This document shows positions 50,322 through 58,660 of a stretch of 64,000 nucleotides of DNA, piece after piece (the first letter of the stretch is position 1; every line of letters starts with the position of its first letter). The translations under genes and the position numbers were made by a program. The DNA is from Myxococcales bacterium (GTDB lineage: Bacteria; Myxococcota_A; UBA9042; JABWCM01; BTVJ01). The stretch spans positions 160,001 to 224,000 of the forward strand of contig BTVJ01000001.1 in assembly GCA_045863395.1 (NCBI GenBank), read 5' to 3'. The notes under the pieces are model-generated. The model had not been told where the DNA came from and searched no databases. It saw only the letters and a list, made by a program, of their open reading frames with translations.

Positions 50322-50837
50322 ATGTACATCGAGAGTGAAGATCACCTAGACCGAAGCGCCGACGAGGTGTACCCCCTGGTGCGCGACGAGATGCCCAGGC
50401 TGCTCCCCTACATGCCGGACGTGGAGGCGCTGGAGCAGCTCTCCTACGAGCGGGAGTCAGAGACCCGGGTACGCATCGTCAACCGCTGGCAGGCAAAGGC
50501 GTCGGTGCCGAGCCTGGTGGAGAAGTTCCTGCCCAAGGACATGTTCACCTGGATCGACCGCGCGTACTGGAAGGACGACGAGTACTGCGTGGACTACGTG
50601 CTGGAGGGCTTCGGCTACACGGCCAAGGGCACCAACTACTTCACGCCGGACGGGGGCGGCACCAAGCTGCGGGTCACGGCGGAGATCACCATCGACCCGT
50701 CGAAGTTCAAGATCCCCAAGCTCCTGTTCAACAAGGCCTTCCCCATGATCGAGGGCTCGGTGCGCAAGGCGGTCCAGCCCAACCTCACGGCGCTCGCCCG
50801 CGGGCTGCGCGACTACTTCGCGGCACAAGGCAAGTAG
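50322..50837 (+). CDS. START/SRPBCC-like (DUF2505-like) protein
   Basis: GGAGG RBS, strongly biased codon usage, helix-grip-like pattern with a long C-terminal helix. Confidence 0.6.
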   Translation: MYIESEDHLDRSADEVYPLVRDEMPRLLPYMPDVEALEQLSYERESETRVRIVNRWQAKASVPSLVEKFLPKDMFTWIDRAYWKDDEYCVDYVLEGFGYTAKGTNYFTPDGGGTKLRVTAEITIDPSKFKIPKLLFNKAFPMIEGSVRKAVQPNLTALARGLRDYFAAQGK

Positions 50838-50845
50838 CGTCCCCC

Positions 50846-51178
50846 GTGGATCCGGCGCTCCGGGCGGGGGCGACCCTCTTTCACTCCGGCGCACTCTACG
50901 AGGCCCACGAAGCCTGGGAGGAGGAGTGGCGCGCCGAGGGCCCCGGGGAGCGGCGGGAGCTGCTGCAGGGGCTCGTGCAGGTGGCGGTGGCGCTGCTCCA
51001 CCGCGACCGGGGCAATGCGATTGGTGCCGCGCGGGTGGGGGCGCGGGCCGCCGAGCGTCTCGCCGCGCTCCCTGCCGTGGTCTGTGGGCTCGACATCGAG
51101 GGACTCAGGGCGTCCTTCGCCCAGGCGCTGGTCGAGCCTCCGGGGAGCCCCCATCCCCGCCTGCGATCTGTCGGGTAG
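50846..51178 (+). CDS. DUF309 family protein
   Basis: LFHSGALYEAHEAWEEEW..LQGLVQVAVALLH..GN. Confidence 0.85.
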   Translation: MDPALRAGATLFHSGALYEAHEAWEEEWRAEGPGERRELLQGLVQVAVALLHRDRGNAIGAARVGARAAERLAALPAVVCGLDIEGLRASFAQALVEPPGSPHPRLRSVG

Positions 51179-51263
51179 GCCCGATCCTCCATGATGACCC
51201 CTCGTCGGCACTAACGTTCGGGACGGTTGACCATCGAACGTTGCAAACGTTAGGCTTGACCAC

Positions 51264-52580
51264 ATGAACGTCGACCACATCAACGAGGCGCTCTTCCGCG
51301 GTGAGTTGGACCGACCGGGGGTGCTCCCCCACGTCCGGGCGCTGGGGGATGCACCGTTCGTGTTCCGCCAGTCGTTCGGACTGGACTCGCTGCCGGAGGA
51401 GCCGGGGGTCATTCTGGTGCGGGGGGCGCGGCAGTATGGCAAGAGCACGTGGCTGGAGAGACAGATCGCTGAAACCATCGAGCAGTATGGGCCCGGCACG
51501 GCGTTCTACCTGAACGGGGACGTGCTTCGCGACGCGGATACGCTGAGCGAAGCGATCCGGGCGTTGGTGCCGCTCTTCGCGGCCGAGGCTCCGGTGCGGC
51601 GCCTCTTCATCGACGAGATCACAGCAGTCGACGGCTGGGAGCGAGGACTGAAGCGCGTCATCGACGCCGGAGAGGTCCGACGGGTGCTCGTGGTGACCAC
51701 CGGCTCGAAGGCGACCGACCTGCGACGAGGGAGCGAGCGGCTCCCGGGGCGCAAAGGGAGGCTCGACAGGACCTCGTACCTGTTCACGCCGGTGATGTAT
51801 GCAGAGTTTCGACGGCTCTGCGGCGAGCAGCTCGGGGCACAGACTCTGCCCGCCTATATGCTGGCCGGGGGTTGCCCCGTCGCCCTCTCGGAGATCGCGC
51901 GTCACGGGAGGCTGCCTGAGTACGTGCTCGAGATGGTGCGCGACTGGATCCACGGCGAGGTCGCTGCCTCCGGCCGCCAGCGGTCGTCGCTGCTGGCCGT
52001 CATGGAGTGCCTCATGCAGCGCGGCGGGACGCCAGTCGGGCAGGCGCGCCTTGCTCGCGAGGCAGGGCTCGCCAACAATACGGTGGCTGCCGGGTACATC
52101 GAGCTTCTGGCCGACCTGACGTGTGTCGGGATCGCCCAGGCATGGGATGCGTCCCGGCGAGTCCGCCTCACGCGCCGGCCGGCGAAGTTCCCGTTCATCA
52201 ACCTGCTCGCAGCCGCCGCCTGGCATCCGGCGCGACCACGCAGCGCGGACGCCTTCGCGCTGCTGGAACCCGAGGAGCAGGGCCGGTGGTGCGAGTGGCT
52301 CGTTGCTCAGGAGCTGTGGAGACGCGCGGCGGTCCGCGGCGACGACTCACCGGAGCAGCTCCTGTTTTGGGGCAGCAAGCAGCACGAGCTGGACTTCGTG
52401 TGTCCCCCGGCCACGTTCGTCGAGGTCAAGCGCGGCCGGACCGGACCGCTCGAGCTCGGATGGTTTCCCAAGGTGTTCCCGGACGGGCGCCTGCTTGTGG
52501 TTGGCGGAGACCGTTTCGAGACCGACCGCATTCGCGGCCTCACGCTGGAAGACTTCCTGCTCGACGACAGCGTGGGCTGA
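51264..52580 (+). CDS. AAA_14/DUF4143-type ATPase with a C-terminal PD-(D/E)xK-like motif
   Basis: GARQYGKST, FIDEI, TGS, LPGR, GGCP and ELDFV..VEVK. Confidence 0.85.
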   Translation: MNVDHINEALFRGELDRPGVLPHVRALGDAPFVFRQSFGLDSLPEEPGVILVRGARQYGKSTWLERQIAETIEQYGPGTAFYLNGDVLRDADTLSEAIRALVPLFAAEAPVRRLFIDEITAVDGWERGLKRVIDAGEVRRVLVVTTGSKATDLRRGSERLPGRKGRLDRTSYLFTPVMYAEFRRLCGEQLGAQTLPAYMLAGGCPVALSEIARHGRLPEYVLEMVRDWIHGEVAASGRQRSSLLAVMECLMQRGGTPVGQARLAREAGLANNTVAAGYIELLADLTCVGIAQAWDASRRVRLTRRPAKFPFINLLAAAAWHPARPRSADAFALLEPEEQGRWCEWLVAQELWRRAAVRGDDSPEQLLFWGSKQHELDFVCPPATFVEVKRGRTGPLELGWFPKVFPDGRLLVVGGDRFETDRIRGLTLEDFLLDDSVG

Positions 52581-52882
52581 CCTGGGAGGAGCGTGGAGCG
52601 GGTCGTGCGGCAGGGACGGGTCGGGACCGCTCCCACGTCAGCGTCGGTCGTCGCCCACGGGGGGATGTGGGGGCTCGCGCCCAGCGGGGGATCGCGTCCG
52701 CGCAGTCGAACCCGCGGCAACGCGAGATCGGCAGCGCCTTCGTTGTTGACGCCGCGAGGGAGAATCAATGACCTCGGAGGCCGGCACCAGGCGAAGTGCG
52801 CGAGCGGCGATGGGATGCGCCGGAGCGCTCGATGCTCGCCTTGGACCCGCCCTTCACCCTGTCCGAACGATGGAGACGACCC

Positions 52883-53608
52883 ATGAGAAGAGTTGCGCTT
52901 CCGGTAGCGGCGGTGTTTCTTGCAGCCGCGCTGCTTCCCGCCTGTGAGCATGCCCCCGATGAGCAGGAGGTCGAGTTCCAGCTCGCCGTGCAGGACCTGA
53001 AGACCTTCAGGGGCAAGGTGACCCCCGGCAGCTACGACGTCACCGTCGATGCCATCGTCGGCCCGGCTGATGTCAACGTCTCCACCACGTTCCATACGCC
53101 GAAGGGCGCGGTCGTGGCGTTCGACTGGTCGGTCTCACATGCTGACGCGGGCAACCCGATCATCGGCGCGGAGGGGTCCGCGTCGGCCAAGGGCTTCCTC
53201 GTGGCCGGCGGCGGGCAGAGCAACACGCTGTCCATCGTCGTCGAGTTGAAGGTCCCCCTGGGCTTCATCGATGACAACATGGACTTCGTGAACCCACCGT
53301 CCCTCCTCGGGATCGTCGGGCCGGCCGATGTTCCGCTGGGCACCGCGATCCCCGCGGCAGCCACCGTGATCGACAACGAGGGTGTGGTCGGCGTCACCGC
53401 GCGCCTCTTGAGCCCCAACAACACGCCGTTGTCCAAGGTCGTGCCCTTGGTCGAAGGACAGCAGGGTCCAGAGAAGTCCCAATCATTCTCAGGCGTCGTG
53501 GACGGCCCGAACGAGGCGGGCACAATCACTCTGAGACTCACGGCGATGGACGGCGATGGCCACGCGAGCGTCGAGAACCTCACGATCATCGTGGGCCCTG
53601 CCGACTGA
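52883..53608 (+). CDS. Putative lipoprotein with Ig-like beta domains
   Basis: Lipobox LPAC after a hydrophobic stretch; beta-strand-rich sequence. Confidence 0.65.
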   Translation: MRRVALPVAAVFLAAALLPACEHAPDEQEVEFQLAVQDLKTFRGKVTPGSYDVTVDAIVGPADVNVSTTFHTPKGAVVAFDWSVSHADAGNPIIGAEGSASAKGFLVAGGGQSNTLSIVVELKVPLGFIDDNMDFVNPPSLLGIVGPADVPLGTAIPAAATVIDNEGVVGVTARLLSPNNTPLSKVVPLVEGQQGPEKSQSFSGVVDGPNEAGTITLRLTAMDGDGHASVENLTIIVGPAD

Positions 53609-53653
53609 CGCGCTCCACTTCGAGGGGGGCCTTCCATGTGCTCGTGAGCCCAG

Positions 53654-54213
53654 TCAGCCCGCGGATTCGGCAATCTCCCATTGGGCTCCGAGTCCGAGCA
53701 GCGCAGCCCACTCATCGACAACGCGAAGGTCGAGGTCATCGATCAGATCGAGGACACCACGAATATCTCGAATGTGCTTGTCCGATCCTCCCTCCCGGTA
53801 GTATTCGAGCCTTCGGAGTATCACGTACTCAGGGGGGCGAGGGCGATACGGCCGCCCGGGAGATCGACTGACCGGCGGTGCTGCATGGCCCAGGCGTGGA
53901 GGGGTTCGTTGGCCTTCAGATAGATATCGGCCTTGAAGCCCGTCTCATGGTGGATGAGCTTGAAGTGTCCCCGCTGCGCGCGCCCGGCTTCCATGCGGAT
54001 GACTTCCGGTGGGGGGTAGTAGAACCGGTCCAACGGGAAGGCGGCCTCGATCAGTACGGCATCACGGGGACTCAGGGCGAGCACGATGTCGATGTCGTGG
54101 GTCATCCGCGGCTCGCCATAGACCGCGCAGGCGACCGAGCCCGTGATCAGGTAGTCGAGCCCCGACACCTCCAGCGGAGCCGTGAAGATGTGGACCAGCT
54201 CAGGATCGTGCAT
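53654..54213 (-). pseudogene. Nucleotidyltransferase-family (putative toxin) gene with a frameshift in a G6 run
   Basis: TGSVA..YGEPRMTHDIDIV NTase motif. The frame stops after APLST, but the shifted frame continues PEYVILRRLEYYREGGSDKHIRDI. One extra C restores 186 aa. Confidence 0.8.
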
Positions 54214-54385
54214 GGAGGAACACCTCGCGCACCTTCTGCTCGATGCGACTCTCCGGCCACTCCGGGTGCAGGACGCGAAGCCCCGCCGCCTTCAATGCCC
54301 GGGCGTCGAACCACGCGCGCTCGGCCAGGGCCAGCTTCTCAGCGGGGGTCATTCGTCGAAACGCCTTGATCTGTTCGGGATGCAT
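54200..54385 (-). CDS. Small helical protein, putative antitoxin (Rv0078B/MenA1-like)
   Basis: 61 aa, AFRRMTPAEKL..GLRVLHPEW; overlaps the start of the NTase gene. Confidence 0.65.
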   Translation of the reverse strand: MHPEQIKAFRRMTPAEKLALAERAWFDARALKAAGLRVLHPEWPESRIEQKVREVFLHARS

Positions 54386-54646
54386 CGTGCTCCGCTCCAC
54401 AAGCGCTCAGTCCCACGTCAACGGAACGCTCCTGGTGACGGGGTGGCAACGGAGGGACAGGTCTCCCGAGTTCACGTGCCCGCCGGCGAGCCGGGGGGTG
54501 GACCTTCGAGCAACCTCGCCCTCGTCTCGGCGCTCAGCGAGCTCGGCGGGCAGCTCCTGCGGGCTCCGTTTGCGCGGGCATCCACGGAGCCTCCGGGCCA
54601 TGCGCTTCCCCGCCCGCGGTCCGTCGTGTAGGCTCGACCCTGGACG

Positions 54647-57600
54647 ATGAGCACGCAGATCCGCCTGGGACCCTTCGAGCTGCACTCCCCCATTGGCCGT
54701 GGGGGCATGGCGGAGGTGTGGGCTGGCGTCCACGTGGAGCAGGCCGTGCCCGTGGCGGTGAAGGTCGTCACGGTGGCGCAGGCCCGGGAGCGCAAGTACC
54801 GCGACGCCTTCCGCAACGAGGTGCAGGCGGTGGCGGCGCTGGATCACCCGGGCATCGTGCTGGTGCTCGACTATGGGACCGTCACGGTCGAGGCGGAGCA
54901 GCGGTCGCAGGGGCGTCTGGTCTCTGGCTGCCCCTTCCTGGTCATGGAGCTGGCGAGCCGGGGGGCGCTCGACCGCTGGATCGAGACGCCGCTGCCGTGG
55001 GCGGCCATCCGGGCCATCCTTCTCTCGCTGCTCGACGCCCTGGCCCACGCCCACGCCCACGGGGTGGTCCACCGGGACATCAAACCTGCCAATGTGCTGC
55101 TCTCTGGGGCGGAGTCCGCCCGCCCTGGATTGAAATTGACGGACTTCGGGATTGCGCACGCCCATGAGCGCAGAAGCTCGTCAGGTCTCACACAGGCTCT
55201 GTCTGGAACGCCCGCGTACATGGCACCAGAGCAGATCCACGCGCGGTTCCGGGACTTCGGGCCGTGGACGGATCTCTACGCCGTGGGGTGCCTCGCCTTC
55301 GAGCTGCTGACCGGGCAGCCGCCGTTCTCCGGGGCGACGCTGCTGGCCACGGCCCTCGCGCACCTGACGACGCCGGTGCCGCCACTCGTGCCGCGCGTCC
55401 CCGTGCCGGCCGGCATCGACGGGTGGGTGGCGCGCCTGCTCGAGAAGAACGCCGGGGATCGCTTCCTGCGGTGCGCCGACGCCGCCTGGGCGCTGCTGGG
55501 GCTGGACCCGACGCCGGCGACCAGCGACCTGGCGGAGGCCCTCGTCGGCCCGCGGGTGTCCCTGGACGCCCAGCTCCCGACGCTGCTCGGGACCGCGGGC
55601 ACGGCGGACACGGGCCTCGGCGCGACCGCGGTCACCATGACGCTCGGGACCGGGGCGGACGCGACCATCGTCGATGAGGCGCCCGTGGCGATGGGGGTGG
55701 AGGTGGGGACGGCCTCGGCCCTCTGCCCCCGCGTGCTGCCTCCCATGGCGGAGACCTGGCGACGCCCGACGGGGGAGGGCGCGTCCATGCAGCTCGTGGG
55801 GGCGGGGCTCGGGTTGTACGGGCTGCGCACCATCCCGCTCGTGGACCGGGATCGCGAGCGGGACGCCCTCTGGTCGGCCCTGGGGGAGGTGCGGAGGTCG
55901 GGGACGGCGCGGGCGGTGATCATCGGCGGCGCCGCAGGGGTGGGCAAGAGCCGGCTCGTGGGGTGGATCTGCGAGCGCGCGCACGAGCTGGGCGCGGCGA
56001 CCGTGCTCAAGGCCAGCCACGGCCTGGAGACCGCGGGCGAGCTGGGGCTCGCGGGCATGGTGGCGCGGCACCTGCGCTGCCACGGCCTCGACCGCGAGGA
56101 GGCGACGGCGCGGGTGCGGGAGCTGCTGATCGGGCAGGGCGTGGCCGACGAGTACGAGTGGCTGGCGCTGACGGAGCTCATGGCGCCGGTCTTGGGGGAG
56201 GGCGAAGGGGGCCAGAAGATCCGGTTCTCGCGGCCGGTGGAGCGGTGGGTGCTCGTCGCGCGCCTCATGGAGCGGCTCGGGCGTGATCGTCCCGTGATCG
56301 TGTGGCTCGACGACGTCCAGTGGAGCACCGACTCCCTCGGGTTCGCCACCTTCCTGCTCGGGTCGCAGGCGACCCAGCCGCTCCCGGCGCTGGTGGTGAT
56401 GACCGCCCGCGAGGAGACCGTGGCGGAGGGCGAGGCGGCGGGGCTCCTGGAGGGGCTCGGCCGGCGGAGCGGCGTGGTGAGGCTGACCGTCCCGCCGCTG
56501 CCCGAGGAGCACCACGCCGAGCTGGTGCGGGGGCTGCTGGGCCTCGATGGTGCCCTGGCCACGGACGTGGAGCAGCGGACCGGCGGCAACCCGCTGTTCG
56601 CGGTGCAGCTCATCGGGGACTGGGTGCAGCGCGGTGTCCTGCGGGTGGGCCCGCGGGGCTTTGCGCTGGCGCCCGGCGAGAAGGCCGTGCTGCCCGACGA
56701 CATCCATGGAGTGTGGCGGGCGCGCCTGGATCGGGCGCTGCGGGGACACCCGGCCGATGCGGAGCGGGCCATCGAGCTGGCGGCCGTGCTCGGGCGGCAC
56801 GTGCGGGCCCTGGAGTGGCGGGACGCCTGCCGGGAGGCGGGCCTGCACCCGCAGGACCGGCTGCTCGACGCCCTGGTGGAGAGCCGGCTCATCGAGCGGG
56901 AGGAGGACGGCTGGAGCTTCGCCCACGCCATGCTGCGCGAGAGCCTGGAGCGGTCGGCGCGGGATGCGGGGCGCTGGGCCGGGCTGCACGCCGCCTGCGC
57001 CCGGATGCTCGCGCGGCGCTACCCCCGGGGGACCCGCGGCGTCGCGGAGCGGCTGGGGCGCCACCTGGTGGAGGCGGGGGAGTACGAGGCCGCGCTGGAG
57101 CCGCTGCTCGACGGGACGCGGGAGCACCGGGCCGCCGGCGACTACCGGGCGGCGCTGGGGCTGCTCGACCTGCGGGACCGGGCGATGGAGGCGACCGGTG
57201 CGTCGCCCGGGGATCGGCGCCACGCGGACGCCCTGGCGGTGCGCTCGACGGTCTTCCACGACCGGGGCCTCATCGACGACGCGGCCCGCTGCGCGGAGGA
57301 GGCCATCCGGCGCGCCGAGCTGTACGGGTGGGTGGGGGTGAAGTCGTGGGCCATCCGGACCCTGGCCAACGTGGCCTCGGTGCGAGGCCAGCTCGACCAG
57401 GCGCGCGCCCGCTATGCGGAGGCCCAGGACCTGGCCATCGCGGAGGGTGACGCCCGCGGCGAGGCGTGGTGCCTGATGGGCCTGGCCAACGTGTCCCAGC
57501 GGACCGGCGACCACGAGCGCGCGGAGGAGCTCTACAGCGAGGCCCTGCGCGTCTTCGAGGACCTGTCGGACGCGACGGGCATGGCCAAGTGCCTCTGCGG

Positions 57601-58216
57601 CATGAGCCTGCTGGCGCGACAGGGAGACGAGCTGGATCTGAGCGACCGCCTCACCCAGCGGGCGCGGGAGCTGTTCGAGCGGGTCGGCAACCAGTCGGGG
57701 GTCGCCGAGTGCTGGAACGGGCTGGCCGAGGCGTCCCGGTTCCGCGGCGATCTTGCGGCGGCCACGGACGGCTACCGCCGGGCGCTGCGCCTCATGGAGG
57801 CCATCGGATCGGGGACGGACGTCTTCGTGCGCATCAACCTGGGCCTGGTGCTGCTGCTGCGGGAGCAGTGGGCGGAGGCCGCCGTCTCGCTGGAGGCCGC
57901 GCGGGTGGCGCTGGAGGCGCAGGGCCTGCTGGGGTTGTTGGGGTGTGTCCACGCGGAGCTGCTGCCGAGCGCGGCCGCCGCCCGGGACTGGGGGGCGTGG
58001 GACCGACACCTGGCGCGGGCCCGGGAGCTCTTGGAGCGGGCACCCATGATCGACCCGGACATCGCGTGGCCTGCACAGCTCGCCGGGGACATGGCCCATG
58101 CGGCGGGCGAGCGGGGCCGGGCGCGTGCCGCGTGGGAGCTGGCGCTCTCCCAGTGGCGGGCGCTGGGCAACGAGGCGCGGGCGGTCGAGGTGGAGGCGGC
58201 GCTTGGCGCGGGGTAA
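54647..58216 (+). CDS. Ser/Thr kinase - P-loop ATPase - TPR fusion protein
   Basis: GRGGMAEV, HRDIKPAN, DFG and YMAPE; Walker A GAAGVGKS, WLDDVQW and GGNPLF; C-terminal TPRs. Confidence 0.9.
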   Translation: MSTQIRLGPFELHSPIGRGGMAEVWAGVHVEQAVPVAVKVVTVAQARERKYRDAFRNEVQAVAALDHPGIVLVLDYGTVTVEAEQRSQGRLVSGCPFLVMELASRGALDRWIETPLPWAAIRAILLSLLDALAHAHAHGVVHRDIKPANVLLSGAESARPGLKLTDFGIAHAHERRSSSGLTQALSGTPAYMAPEQIHARFRDFGPWTDLYAVGCLAFELLTGQPPFSGATLLATALAHLTTPVPPLVPRVPVPAGIDGWVARLLEKNAGDRFLRCADAAWALLGLDPTPATSDLAEALVGPRVSLDAQLPTLLGTAGTADTGLGATAVTMTLGTGADATIVDEAPVAMGVEVGTASALCPRVLPPMAETWRRPTGEGASMQLVGAGLGLYGLRTIPLVDRDRERDALWSALGEVRRSGTARAVIIGGAAGVGKSRLVGWICERAHELGAATVLKASHGLETAGELGLAGMVARHLRCHGLDREEATARVRELLIGQGVADEYEWLALTELMAPVLGEGEGGQKIRFSRPVERWVLVARLMERLGRDRPVIVWLDDVQWSTDSLGFATFLLGSQATQPLPALVVMTAREETVAEGEAAGLLEGLGRRSGVVRLTVPPLPEEHHAELVRGLLGLDGALATDVEQRTGGNPLFAVQLIGDWVQRGVLRVGPRGFALAPGEKAVLPDDIHGVWRARLDRALRGHPADAERAIELAAVLGRHVRALEWRDACREAGLHPQDRLLDALVESRLIEREEDGWSFAHAMLRESLERSARDAGRWAGLHAACARMLARRYPRGTRGVAERLGRHLVEAGEYEAALEPLLDGTREHRAAGDYRAALGLLDLRDRAMEATGASPGDRRHADALAVRSTVFHDRGLIDDAARCAEEAIRRAELYGWVGVKSWAIRTLANVASVRGQLDQARARYAEAQDLAIAEGDARGEAWCLMGLANVSQRTGDHERAEELYSEALRVFEDLSDATGMAKCLCGMSLLARQGDELDLSDRLTQRARELFERVGNQSGVAECWNGLAEASRFRGDLAAATDGYRRALRLMEAIGSGTDVFVRINLGLVLLLREQWAEAAVSLEAARVALEAQGLLGLLGCVHAELLPSAAAARDWGAWDRHLARARELLERAPMIDPDIAWPAQLAGDMAHAAGERGRARAAWELALSQWRALGNEARAVEVEAALGAG

Positions 58217-58660
58217 TGGACTCCGCGGACCAGGTGGCTTCGCAGTGACCGTACCGACAATGTGGGGAGCGGTAGGGGCTTCCGCGCGACCGCGGTCATG
58301 CTTGTTGGCCCTGCTCCTCGCCGCCTTCGGACCGGGAGGCGCGGGAGAAACGCCAGCCCCGCCGGAGGACGACGTGTGGTGAGCACGGGATGGTCGTCGT
58401 TCGAGGGAACCTCGATGTCCTGCCAGTTCCGATGTCGCTCTTCGAGCCGTCGGGTACGGGCTGCACCCCCGACTTCGGCCACTTCCCTAGTCGATGATGC
58501 TGATGTCCACCGACCGGGTTCTCGAGACCTACGAGGTGAGTCGGGTGAGCTGTCCGTCTCCGATCACGTCCCTCGGGCTCGTGCGGTCGCAGTACGGGGT
58601 CGCGTGGACAGGTAGCCCGGAGCGTCCAGATGGACCCGATCATGTCCCTGCTCGGGCAGG

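Noticed and set aside
52581..52882. GC-rich hairpins as a possible ncRNA or riboswitch
   Set aside because: No recognisable family motif; such pairing is expected by chance at this GC content
55181..58099. 972-aa minus-strand ORF
   Set aside because: Mirror frame of the kinase-ATPase-TPR gene
58217..58660. Possible small exported protein (MWGAVG..LLALLLAAFG..DDVW*) or TGA read-through
   Set aside because: Short, interrupted, atypical codon usage and no recognisable SECIS or family; at most a decayed gene
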